Source: an uncultured Chloroflexia bacterium (GTDB taxonomy: Bacteria > Chloroflexota > Limnocylindria > Limnocylindrales > CSP1-4). Taken from it: DNA of 64,000 nt. The translations under genes and the position numbers were made by a program. Shown here piece after piece: positions 27,575-36,300 of this stretch; within the stretch, counting starts at the first letter, position 1; each line of letters opens with the position of its first letter. Below the pieces are notes generated by a model. The model was given only the letters and a program-made list of their open reading frames with translations. It had not been told where the DNA came from and did not search any database. The stretch is from contig CAVYBA010000002.1 in NCBI GenBank assembly GCA_963766675.1, positions 2,170,806 to 2,234,805 of the forward strand, written 5' to 3'.

Positions 27575-28108
27575 TCAGCCGAACAGGACCTGCTGGCCGA
27601 ACCCGGGTGCTCCCTCGAGCTCGAGAATCCGCCGTTTTGTCTCGAGGCCACCCGGCGCCGAGAAGCCGGTGAGCTTGCCGTTGGCGCCCAGCACGCGGTG
27701 GCACGGGACGACGATCGGAAACGGGTTTCGGGCGAGCGCGGCACCCACGTCGCGCGCCGCGTCCGGTCGGCCGATGGCTCGGGCGAGCTCGCCGTATGTC
27801 GCAGTCGCTCCGGGCGGGATGGTCCGCGTGGCCGCATAGACGGCTCGACGGAGCGGATCGATGCCCCGTTCGTCGAGGGTCACGAAGCCGAGGTCCACGG
27901 TGCCCCCACCGAGCACGGCGACGATCCCCGAGATCGCGGCACGGATCGGCTCCGGCACGTCCACACGGTCGTCGATGCGCGGCAGACCGGCGGTCCGCTC
28001 GCTCGGCAGCCGGACGCTCGCAATCCCGACATCGGTCCAGCGCACGGCGCAGGTCCCCAGCGGTGTGGCAAAGGCGACGATCGACGGCTCCATCCTGGTC
28101 ATCATCAA
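27575..28108 (-). CDS. ogt: methylated-DNA--protein-cysteine methyltransferase
   Basis: 177 aa. Active site PCHRV, DNA-binding helix TYGELARAIG. The start may be one of several Met codons near the N-terminus. Confidence 0.88.
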   Translation of the reverse strand: MMMTRMEPSIVAFATPLGTCAVRWTDVGIASVRLPSERTAGLPRIDDRVDVPEPIRAAISGIVAVLGGGTVDLGFVTLDERGIDPLRRAVYAATRTIPPGATATYGELARAIGRPDAARDVGAALARNPFPIVVPCHRVLGANGKLTGFSAPGGLETKRRILELEGAPGFGQQVLFG

Positions 28109-28168
28109 TCGGAACCGCGCGCAGTGCCGAACCGTTGCACTTGCACCCCTCGCCCGCCTCGGGGCCGT

Positions 28169-29164
28169 TCAGCCTGGACGTGGCGCGTGCGCGGCGCGGT
28201 AGTGGGCCGCCAGGAGATCCTCGCCCCAGTCGTTGATCGGATCGCGCCAGACCGTATGGATATGGTTCGCGCCGTTCTGGGTGTTGTCGTATTCGATCAA
28301 CAGGGTGGGCCCATGGACGGCGTAGTAGTGGGCGTGACCGGGCTCGCCGGGTCCGGCCCACGCGAAGGTGATCTGATCCAGACCCGCGTCACGGATCCGC
28401 GACCATTCGGCGTCGGCGACGTCTGGCCGGCTTCGCTCGACGTAGTGCCGGATCAGGGCCTCGAGCGCCGCCTGCTGGCCGGTTTCGAGCGCGTCGTGGC
28501 GGATCCCTGCCGGCACCTCCCGCAGCTCGGCGCGCCGGCCCGTGCCGCTCAGGATGTCGGCCGGCGCGACCGGATCGACGATCGCCACGCGACGCTGCGG
28601 CGCGCTGAGCGACGAAAGGAGCGCTCGCGCCAGCCGCTCCTCGCCGTCGAGCGTCCGAAGGCCGGCCGATGGTCCATCCGGTACCGTCGCCGGGTTGGCG
28701 CCAAGGAACGACGGGGTTGCGCCGACCACGCGCCCCTTCGCAACCGTGATGTGGATGGCGACATGGTGTCCGCCGATCCGCCAGCTCCACGGCTCGTCCG
28801 TCCCGGGCGACCCGAACACGGCGTGCCAGTACAGACCTGGATCGCGCCGAAGCCAGTTGCCACGTCCGGCGCGCCGCTCGAACGCGCCGAGGATCGGCTC
28901 GAGGTCGATGACGCCGCGAACCTCCCGGGCGCCGCGTTCGCTCAAGGCCGCATCGACGATCGCGCCCGCCGCTGCGCGTTGCGTGGCCGTCATCTCGCCC
29001 TCGGCGAGCCCGAGCCGCGTGCCGGGCACATAGGCCCACGCAAACCGCTCATCGTCGTCGAAGCGGAACGTGGCCCGCGACCGCCCCGCGTCGTCGAGCG
29101 TGTCGAGCCAGCCGCGGACCGCCGCCGAAAGTCGCTCGGCCGCCGGTTCGCGCGTCGCGGTCAC
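28169..29164 (-). CDS. DUF3500 family protein
   Basis: ORF trimmed to the GTG at 29164, which overlaps the glyQS stop (GTGA). WSWRIGGHHVAIHITV block is typical of DUF3500. Confidence 0.7.
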   Translation of the reverse strand: MTATREPAAERLSAAVRGWLDTLDDAGRSRATFRFDDDERFAWAYVPGTRLGLAEGEMTATQRAAAGAIVDAALSERGAREVRGVIDLEPILGAFERRAGRGNWLRRDPGLYWHAVFGSPGTDEPWSWRIGGHHVAIHITVAKGRVVGATPSFLGANPATVPDGPSAGLRTLDGEERLARALLSSLSAPQRRVAIVDPVAPADILSGTGRRAELREVPAGIRHDALETGQQAALEALIRHYVERSRPDVADAEWSRIRDAGLDQITFAWAGPGEPGHAHYYAVHGPTLLIEYDNTQNGANHIHTVWRDPINDWGEDLLAAHYRAAHAPRPG

Positions 29165-30582
29165 GCGGCTTCGGTACGCGCCGCGTCCAGCCGATCCAGG
29201 ATCAGCCGGGTCACGCCTTCGACAGGGATCCGCTCCTGCGCCATCGAGTCGCGATCGCGCACGGTGACCGCGCCGTCCTCGAGCGAGTCGACGTCGACGG
29301 TCACGCACCACGGCGTGCCGATCTCGTCCTGGCGCCGATACAGCTTGCCGATCGCGGCCGTGTCGTCATAGACGGCCATCGTGTGGCGCTGCAGGTCGGC
29401 CTTGATGCGATGGCACAGCTCGACGATCTCGGGGCGCTTCTTGAGCAGCGGCAGGACCGCCACCTTGTACGGCGCGAGGTCTGGGTGGAGGGCAAGCGAG
29501 ACCCGCGTCTCGCCGCGAACCTCTTCCTCCCGGTACGCGTCGATCAGGAACGTGAACGCCGCGCGGTCGGCGCCGGCGGCGGTCTCCACGATCCACGGGA
29601 TGACGTGCTCGTTGGTCGCCTGGTCGAAGTACTCGAGCGTCTCGCCGCTCGCCTCGGAATGCCGCGACAGGTCGAAGTCGCCCCGGTTGTGGACGCCCTC
29701 GAGCTCCTTCCAGCCGAACGGGAAGCGGTATTCGACGTCGATCGCCTTCTTGGCGTAGTGGGCCAGCTCGTCGGGCGCGTGCTCACGGAGACGGAGCCGC
29801 GACGGCGTGACGCCAAAGCGCTCGTACCAGGCTCGGCGGCGGGGCAGCCAGTCCTCGAAGGCCGTGGCCGCCTCGGCTCCGGGGCGGACGAAGTACTGCA
29901 TCTCCATCTGCTCAAACTCGCGCATCCGGAAGACGAAGTTCCCGGGGCTGATCTCGTTTCGGAATGACTTGCCGATCTGGGCGATCCCGAACGGCAGCTT
30001 CTTGCGCGCCGACTGCTGGACGTTCTTGAAGTTGACGTACGAGCCCTGCGCAGTCTCGGGGCGCAGATAGATGACCGAGGCGTCCTCCTCGACCGGCCCC
30101 ATGAACGTCTTGAACATCAGGTTGAACCGGCGCGGAGCGGACAGCGGCCCGCCGTCGTCGGGGCATGTGAGCCCGAGCCGCTCGACGATCGTGGGATCGC
30201 GCAGCTCGGTCGCGGTCAGGTGTTCCGCGCCAGGCAGCTCGTCGAGCCGGAACCGCTTGTGGTCGGTCGCGCATTCGACCAGCGGGTCGCTGAAGCTGCC
30301 GACGTGGCCCGACGTCACCCAGACCTGCGGGTGCATGAGGATCCCGGCGTCGAGCCCGACGATGTCGTCGCGCTCCTGGACCATCGCCCGCCACCAGGCA
30401 CGCTTGACGTTGTTCTTCAGCTCGACACCGAGCGGCCCGTAGTCCCAGACCGCGTTGATCCCGCCGTAGATCTCCGACGACGGGAAGATGAACCCGCGCC
30501 GCTTGGACAGCGACACGATCGTGTCGAGCTCGGCAACGGCCGGCGCGACGTCGTTCGGATCTGATGCGGGGGCGTTGGTCAC
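29161..30582 (-). CDS. glyQS: glycine--tRNA ligase (dimeric class II type)
   Basis: 473 aa. SKRRGFIFPSSEIYGG, class II motifs and a C-terminal anticodon-binding domain. Confidence 0.92.
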   Translation of the reverse strand: MTNAPASDPNDVAPAVAELDTIVSLSKRRGFIFPSSEIYGGINAVWDYGPLGVELKNNVKRAWWRAMVQERDDIVGLDAGILMHPQVWVTSGHVGSFSDPLVECATDHKRFRLDELPGAEHLTATELRDPTIVERLGLTCPDDGGPLSAPRRFNLMFKTFMGPVEEDASVIYLRPETAQGSYVNFKNVQQSARKKLPFGIAQIGKSFRNEISPGNFVFRMREFEQMEMQYFVRPGAEAATAFEDWLPRRRAWYERFGVTPSRLRLREHAPDELAHYAKKAIDVEYRFPFGWKELEGVHNRGDFDLSRHSEASGETLEYFDQATNEHVIPWIVETAAGADRAAFTFLIDAYREEEVRGETRVSLALHPDLAPYKVAVLPLLKKRPEIVELCHRIKADLQRHTMAVYDDTAAIGKLYRRQDEIGTPWCVTVDVDSLEDGAVTVRDRDSMAQERIPVEGVTRLILDRLDAARTEAA

Positions 30583-30634
30583 GGGTTCTCCGGGTGGTCG
30601 AGACGGGTCGCCCGATGCTACCAGAGCGAGCCGG

Positions 30635-31057
30635 TCAGCCCAGCCGCCAGCGCGTCGGGGTGATCACGATCGGGACCGGGTAGTGCGCAGCGTGCCATTC
30701 CGGTGTCCAGCCGTAGCCCTCGATCCGGGCGCGGTAGCGCGCCTGGAAATCGGGGTCTTCCGTGCACGGCGGAAGGGCCAGGTCGATCCTCGCCAGGCCC
30801 TCCATGGTCACGACGTTGTCTCCCCCGTCGTCCGTGTTGAGGTTGAACGAAACGTGCGGGTTGGCCTCGATGTTCGCGTTCCGGGGTGCCCGGACGTGCG
30901 AGTAGACGACGATCGTCCCGTCCCGCCACAGGAACCAGATCGCCGAGCTCTGTGGCTGGCCGTCCGGGTTGACCGTCGTCAGCCAGCCGATCTCCTCCCT
31001 GGCGAGGCGGTCGAGCGCCTCCGCGCCGGCCTCGGTTGCCGGATCGAGCGTCTGCAT
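30635..31057 (-). CDS. pyridoxamine 5'-phosphate oxidase family protein (F420-dependent PPOX class-like)
   Basis: ORF trimmed to the ATG at 31057 with a GGAGGG RBS. GWLTTVNPDGQPQSSAIWFLWRDGTIVVYS. Confidence 0.7.
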   Translation of the reverse strand: MQTLDPATEAGAEALDRLAREEIGWLTTVNPDGQPQSSAIWFLWRDGTIVVYSHVRAPRNANIEANPHVSFNLNTDDGGDNVVTMEGLARIDLALPPCTEDPDFQARYRARIEGYGWTPEWHAAHYPVPIVITPTRWRLG

Positions 31058-31074
31058 CGGTTGCCCTCCTTCGC

Positions 31075-31839
31075 TCAGTCGGCCGCCCGGACCTCGTCGA
31101 GGAACGCGAGCGAGCGCGCCTCGCGCTCGAGCGCCCCGCGGACGAACTCGCGCAGGGCGGCCTCGGTCTCGCCTTCGACCGCCGGCGCGAGGCGGAGCGT
31201 CGCGATCGCCTCGATGTCGAGCCGCTGGTAGGCCTTGAGCAGCTTGAGCGCGTCCAGCGACAGCGAGCTGCGCTCGTAGGCCGGGCCCGGGCAGTGCTCG
31301 CACAGGACGCCGCCCAACGGCGGGACCCAGCGGAAGCGCTCGCCGGCCTCGAGCAGCCGGTCGCACTCGACGCAGCGGTCGACCTCCGGGCGCTGGCCGA
31401 GCTCGTCGAGGAGATGCATCTCGAACCAGCGCGCCACCCGGCCCGGTTGCATCTCGGCGTCGAGCAACTCGTAGGCTCGGCGCAGGAGCGCGTAGACCGG
31501 TTCGGCGGCGTGACGCTCCTCGAGCGAACGATCGGCGAGCTCTGCGAGGTACCAGGCGGTCGCGGTCGACTCGAGCGAATCGCGCAGGTGCAGCCAGGCG
31601 TGCCCGACGCTGACCTGGGTGACCACGTCGAATGTGCGCCCGCGGGCCATCGACAGGGTCAGCTCCGCGAACGGCTCGAGGCTGCCGCCCAGTCGCGACG
31701 TTGGCCGGCGGATCCCCTTGGCGATCGCCTTGAGCTTGCCCCCGGTCGGGGTGATGAGGGTCATGACCCGATCCGCCTCACCCAGGTCGAAGCGCGTCAG
31801 GACGATCGCCTCGGTCGTGTAGCGGCGCGGGATGGGCAT
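31075..31839 (-). CDS. recO: DNA repair protein RecO
   Basis: ORF trimmed to the ATG at 31839. OB-fold N-terminus EAIVLTRFDLGEADRVMTLITP. Zn-finger-like CVECD...CEHC. Confidence 0.85.
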   Translation of the reverse strand: MPIPRRYTTEAIVLTRFDLGEADRVMTLITPTGGKLKAIAKGIRRPTSRLGGSLEPFAELTLSMARGRTFDVVTQVSVGHAWLHLRDSLESTATAWYLAELADRSLEERHAAEPVYALLRRAYELLDAEMQPGRVARWFEMHLLDELGQRPEVDRCVECDRLLEAGERFRWVPPLGGVLCEHCPGPAYERSSLSLDALKLLKAYQRLDIEAIATLRLAPAVEGETEAALREFVRGALEREARSLAFLDEVRAAD

Positions 31840-31943
31840 CGACACGGACGGTAGCACCGGGGTCGCCGGGCCGCTGGCGCCGGTGGCAGCACCCGCTCCG
31901 GTGATCACCCTTGGCAGACGGCATTCAACAGGCTACCTGCGCG

Positions 31944-31960
31944 GTACACGTTTCGTGTAC
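31944..31960. promoter_or_regulatory. 17-bp dyad GTACACG-TTT-CGTGTAC between recO and the polyprenyl synthase gene
   Basis: Perfect 7-bp arms read directly. 10 nt upstream of the ATG at 31971, in a divergent promoter region. Confidence 0.3.
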
Positions 31961-31970
31961 ACTCGACCGC

Positions 31971-32996
31971 ATGGCGACCGCCTCGCAGGAGATCGACCTC
32001 GCCGTCCTCATCGCCGACACCGAAGCCGAGATCGTCCGGCTGGTGGGCGACCGGGACGCGTCCACCCATGGGCTGTACGAGATGGTCCGCTACCACCTCG
32101 CGCTCGATGGCTCGGGGGCATCGGGGGGCAAGCGGATCCGCCCGCTCCTCGGACTCCTCGCCTATGCCAGCATCGCCGGCGATCACCGGCGGGCCCTGCC
32201 CGGTGCGGCGGCGGTCGAGCTCGGTCACAACTTCTCGCTGGTCCACGACGACATCGAAGACGGCGACGTCGAACGCCGCCATCGCCCGACGCTGTGGTCG
32301 ATCCACGGCGTGCCGCAGGCGATCAACGCGGGCGACGCCCTGTTCAGCCTGTCCCGGATCGCGCTCCACCGGCTGACCGACCTCGGCTTCCCGGACGCCA
32401 AGGTGCTCCGCCTCATGCGCCTGTTCGACGAGACCTGCCTGGCGCTGTGCGAGGGCCAGTATCTCGACATCGCGATGAGCGATTCCGACGAGTTGATGAC
32501 GGTCGAGCTCTATTTCGACATGATCGGGCGCAAGACGGCGGCCCTCATCGCCGCCTCGATCGAGGCGGGCGCCCTGCTGGCGACCGACGACGACGCCGTC
32601 ATCGCCCGCTACCGGGCGTTCGGCTGGGCACTCGGCCTGGCATTCCAGCTCAACGACGACCTGCTCGGGATCTGGGGCGCGGAACGTTCGACCGGCAAGG
32701 CCGCGTCCGACGTGGCCCACAAGAAGAAGACGTTGCCCGTGATCTACGCCTATGAGCACGCGGGTGCCGAGGACCGTCGTCGCCTCGGGGAGCTGTACTC
32801 GGTGCCGGAACCCACCCCGGCCGAGATCGCCGAGATCGTCACGATCCTCGAGCGCAGCGGCGCCCGGACCTATACCCGCGACCAGGCCCGCCGGTATCGC
32901 GACGAGGCGCTGTCCGAGCTCGACGCGACCGGCGTCCTCGAGCCGGCGGCCCGAGACCATCTCGAGGGGATCATCGTCTCGGTCATCAACGCCTAG
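31971..32996 (+). CDS. polyprenyl diphosphate synthase (trans-isoprenyl diphosphate synthase family)
   Basis: First aspartate-rich motif LVHDDIEDGD and second motif NDDLLG. Confidence 0.85.
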   Translation: MATASQEIDLAVLIADTEAEIVRLVGDRDASTHGLYEMVRYHLALDGSGASGGKRIRPLLGLLAYASIAGDHRRALPGAAAVELGHNFSLVHDDIEDGDVERRHRPTLWSIHGVPQAINAGDALFSLSRIALHRLTDLGFPDAKVLRLMRLFDETCLALCEGQYLDIAMSDSDELMTVELYFDMIGRKTAALIAASIEAGALLATDDDAVIARYRAFGWALGLAFQLNDDLLGIWGAERSTGKAASDVAHKKKTLPVIYAYEHAGAEDRRRLGELYSVPEPTPAEIAEIVTILERSGARTYTRDQARRYRDEALSELDATGVLEPAARDHLEGIIVSVINA

Positions 32997-33023
32997 CGTC
33001 GCCGCCCGGCTGGGGTCGTCGAC

Positions 33024-34364
33024 CTAGCGGTCGGCCTCGTCGTCCGCGGGTCCCTCGGACCCGCGGTCGCGCACGACCAGGACCTTGCCGACCCGGCGCC
33101 CGTCGGTCGTCTCGACGGTCAGGGTCAGGCCATCGACGAGCACCTGGTCGCCCGGCTTCGGGACACCACCGATCCGGTGGTAGATCAGCCCGCCGACCGT
33201 GTCGTACTCGTCCTCATCCTCGAGCCCGAGCTCGATGTCGAACAGCTCGGTCAGATCGTCGATCGCCGCCCGACCGTCGATCCTGGCCTCGTCGTCGGAA
33301 AGCCGCACGACGAGCGGCTCCTCCGCGTCGTATTCGTCCTGGATCTCGCCGACGATCTCCTCGAGCAGATCCTCGATGGTGACCAGCCCGGCCGTGCCGC
33401 CGTACTCGTCGAGCACGATGGCAAGGTGGACCTTGCGTCGCTGGAACTCGTGGAGCAGGTCGTCGACGCTCATCGACTCGGGCACGAACACCGGCGGGCG
33501 GAGCAGCGACCGGAGCGCGGGGCGCTCGGCCGTCGGTCGCTTGAGGATCGGCAGCAGGTCCTTGGCGTACAGGATGCCGATGATCTCGTCGATCGTCTCC
33601 TCGTAGACCGGGATCCGGCTGTGGCCCTCGTCGATGACCCGGTCGATCGCCTCGTCCATCGAGGCGCTGGCGGCCAGGCTGATCATCGCGATGCGCGGGA
33701 CCATGACCTCGTGGATCCGCTGGTCGCCGAGCTCGATGACCGCCTGGATCATCTGCTCCTCCTCGGCCTCCAGGATCCCCTGCTCCCCACCGCGCTCGAC
33801 CAGGAGGCTGAGCTCCTCGGTGCTCATCACGCCTTGCGACTCGCCGCCGGCACCAAGGGCGCGGGAGACGCTGTTCGTGACAGCCGCCAGGGCGGTCACG
33901 ATCGGCCCAAGGATGCGGAGCAGGAACTCGACGAAACCGCTCAGCGCCAGCGCGAACCGTTCCGTGTGGGCGAGGGCGAGGCTCTTGGGCACGAGCTCGC
34001 CGAACACGATCGTGAACAGCGCCAGCAGCAGGGTGACGATGACGATCGCGAGCCCTTCGGCAGATGAGACGAGGAGGGAAATCCCGATTCCCTTGAACGC
34101 GTCGGCCAGGGCGGTCGTGAGGTTGACCGCCGCATACGCGGACGCCAGGAACCCGATGAAGGTGAGCCCGATCTGGGTGACGGCCAGGAACCGACCGGGT
34201 TGGGCGATCAGGCGCTTGACGCGCGCGGCCCGCTGGTTGCCCTCGTCGGCCAGCTGATCGATCCGGGTCCGGCGCATCGTGACGAGCGCGATCTCGGCGG
34301 CCACGAACAGGCCCTCGAAGAGGGTCAGGACCACGATCACGAGCAACTGGAGGAAGGTGTCCAT
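33024..34364 (-). CDS. CNNM/TlyC-family membrane protein (DUF21-CBS pair-CorC_HlyC)
   Basis: 446 aa. Four N-terminal TM helices, tandem CBS domains and a CorC/HlyC C-terminal domain (GDQVLVDGLTLTVE). Confidence 0.85.
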   Translation of the reverse strand: MDTFLQLLVIVVLTLFEGLFVAAEIALVTMRRTRIDQLADEGNQRAARVKRLIAQPGRFLAVTQIGLTFIGFLASAYAAVNLTTALADAFKGIGISLLVSSAEGLAIVIVTLLLALFTIVFGELVPKSLALAHTERFALALSGFVEFLLRILGPIVTALAAVTNSVSRALGAGGESQGVMSTEELSLLVERGGEQGILEAEEEQMIQAVIELGDQRIHEVMVPRIAMISLAASASMDEAIDRVIDEGHSRIPVYEETIDEIIGILYAKDLLPILKRPTAERPALRSLLRPPVFVPESMSVDDLLHEFQRRKVHLAIVLDEYGGTAGLVTIEDLLEEIVGEIQDEYDAEEPLVVRLSDDEARIDGRAAIDDLTELFDIELGLEDEDEYDTVGGLIYHRIGGVPKPGDQVLVDGLTLTVETTDGRRVGKVLVVRDRGSEGPADDEADR

Positions 34365-35774
34365 CTAGCCGGCGGCGTCCTCGGCTGGTTTCTGGCGGGG
34401 CTCCCGGATGCGTGCCGGCACGCCGACGGCGAGCTTGCCGGCGGGAACGTCACGAGTGACCACCGCGCCGGCGCCGGTCCGCGCCCCTTCGCCGACCTCG
34501 ACCGGTGCCACCAGCATGGTGTCGACGCCGATGAACGCCCCGTCGCCGATCGTCGTCCGATGCTTGTGCACGCCGTCGTAATTGGCGGTGACGGCTCCCG
34601 CGCCGATGTTGGCGTGGGTGCCGATCTCGGCGTCGCCGAGATAGCTCATGTGGTGCTGCTTCGAGCCGGCTCCGAGATGCGCATTCTTGAGCTCGGCATA
34701 GTTGCCCACCTCGGCCCCGGCGCCGACCACGCTGCCCGGTCGAAGGTGGCTGAACGGGCCGACGGTCGCGTCATCCTCGACGATCGAGGATTCGACGACG
34801 CTTGCCCACACCCTGGCTCCGCGCCCGATCGTCGCGTCGAAGAGCTGGCTGCCCGCCCCGATCACGCTCCCCTCGCCGACCGACGTCGCGCCGCGAAGGA
34901 TGACGTTGGGTTCGAGGGTGACGTCGGCACCCAGCTCGACCGCCCAGTCGAGGTAGACCGTCGACGGATCGCGCATCGTCACGCCGTTGGCCATGTGCGC
35001 CTCGTTGAGGCGGACGCGCAGGCTCCACTCCGCAGCCGCCAGCTGCGAGCGATCGTTGATCCCTTCGAACCGGCCATCGTCCTCGAACTCGACGGCCACG
35101 ACGATCCGCCCGTCCTCGCGGGCGAGGCGGACGAGGTCGGTCAGGTAGACCTCGCCGGTCACGGGCGACGGTGTCAGGCCGGCGATCCGACGGCGCAGCC
35201 ACGCGGCGTCGAACGCGTACAGCCCGGCGTTCGTCTCGTTTCCGGCAAGCTCCTCGGCTGTCGCGTCCTTCGCCTCGGTGATCCGCTCTACGGTCCCGAA
35301 CTCGCCACGGACGACTCGCCCGAGGGTCGACGGCTCCGCGGCGACGACGCTCGCGAGCGCGACCGCCGCGTCGTCAGCCCGACGCGCTTCGAGCATGGCG
35401 TCGAGGTCGGCACCCGTCACCAGCGGCACGTCGCCCGACAGGACAAGGATCTCGGTGGCGTCTTCGGGAACGGCGGCCAACCCGGCGCGGACCGCGTCGC
35501 CGGTGCCGCGCGGCTCGTCCTGGACCGCGAACGACGCCCGTCCGTCGAACGCCTCCACGATGGCCGCGACCGGCGGCGAGTAGACGACGACGGGCGGCGG
35601 CGAGGCGGCAGCGTCGGCGCTGCTCGCCCAGGCGTCGAGGACATACGCCAGCATCGGGCGCCCGCACAGCTGGTGGAGCACCTTCGGGGTTGCCGATCGC
35701 ATCCGGGTTCCGAGACCGGCGGCCATGACCAGGGCGGCCGGGCCTGACGTCGACCCGGGACTTGGGGGGTTCAC
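34365..35774 (-). CDS. glmU: bifunctional UDP-N-acetylglucosamine pyrophosphorylase / glucosamine-1-phosphate N-acetyltransferase
   Basis: LVMAAGLGTRMRS nucleotidyltransferase motif plus C-terminal left-handed beta-helix hexapeptide repeats. Confidence 0.92.
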   Translation of the reverse strand: MNPPSPGSTSGPAALVMAAGLGTRMRSATPKVLHQLCGRPMLAYVLDAWASSADAAASPPPVVVYSPPVAAIVEAFDGRASFAVQDEPRGTGDAVRAGLAAVPEDATEILVLSGDVPLVTGADLDAMLEARRADDAAVALASVVAAEPSTLGRVVRGEFGTVERITEAKDATAEELAGNETNAGLYAFDAAWLRRRIAGLTPSPVTGEVYLTDLVRLAREDGRIVVAVEFEDDGRFEGINDRSQLAAAEWSLRVRLNEAHMANGVTMRDPSTVYLDWAVELGADVTLEPNVILRGATSVGEGSVIGAGSQLFDATIGRGARVWASVVESSIVEDDATVGPFSHLRPGSVVGAGAEVGNYAELKNAHLGAGSKQHHMSYLGDAEIGTHANIGAGAVTANYDGVHKHRTTIGDGAFIGVDTMLVAPVEVGEGARTGAGAVVTRDVPAGKLAVGVPARIREPRQKPAEDAAG

Positions 35775-35913
35775 GCGAAACGGCTGCCGCGGCGCGCTCG
35801 GGCCAGTGGCGCGATCGCGGCCGATGCCCGCCCTGGCGAGATGGGGTCAGCAGTCATGAGTGGGTCGGCGCATCGTAGGTGGGCCTCGCAGAGGGTGTCA
35901 ACCAACTCCGCGC

Positions 35914-36300
35914 TCAATCGCGGAGCCGGGCGACGGCCTCGATCTCGACCCGAGCCCCCTTCGGGAGCGAGGCGACGCCGACGGTCGAACGCGCCGGCGG
36001 CGGATCGGACATGTACCGACCGTAGATCGCGTTGACCGACGCGAAGTCGCCCATGTCGACCAGGAAGATGGTCGTCTTGATCACGTCCCCCCAGGCGCAG
36101 CCGGCCGCGTCGAGGACCGAGGTCAGGTTCGCCATGACCCGTTCGGTCTCGGCTTCGATGCCGCCCTCGACGAGCTGGGCGGTGGCCGGATCGAGCGCGG
36201 CCTGGCCGGCGGTGAACAGGAGCCGGTCGGTGACGATCGCCTGACTGTACGGCCCGATGGCCGCCGGCGCTCCGGTGGTCGAGATGGCTCGGCGGGTCAT
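35914..36300 (-). CDS. ridA: RidA/YjgF family reactive-intermediate deaminase
   Basis: 128 aa. APAAIGPYSQAI ... ARSTVGVASLPKGARVEIE. ATG overlaps the ispE stop (ATGA). Confidence 0.88.
   Translation of the reverse strand: MTRRAISTTGAPAAIGPYSQAIVTDRLLFTAGQAALDPATAQLVEGGIEAETERVMANLTSVLDAAGCAWGDVIKTTIFLVDMGDFASVNAIYGRYMSDPPPARSTVGVASLPKGARVEIEAVARLRD

Noticed and set aside
27233-29371. 712-aa plus-strand ORF spanning the HTH-nuclease gene, ogt and DUF3500
   Set aside because: It lies antisense to three genes with recognisable motifs, and its product is Arg/Pro-rich.
30583-30634. Possible T-box leader upstream of glyQS
   Set aside because: The spacer is only 52 nt, far too short for a T-box, and there is no specifier/antiterminator architecture.
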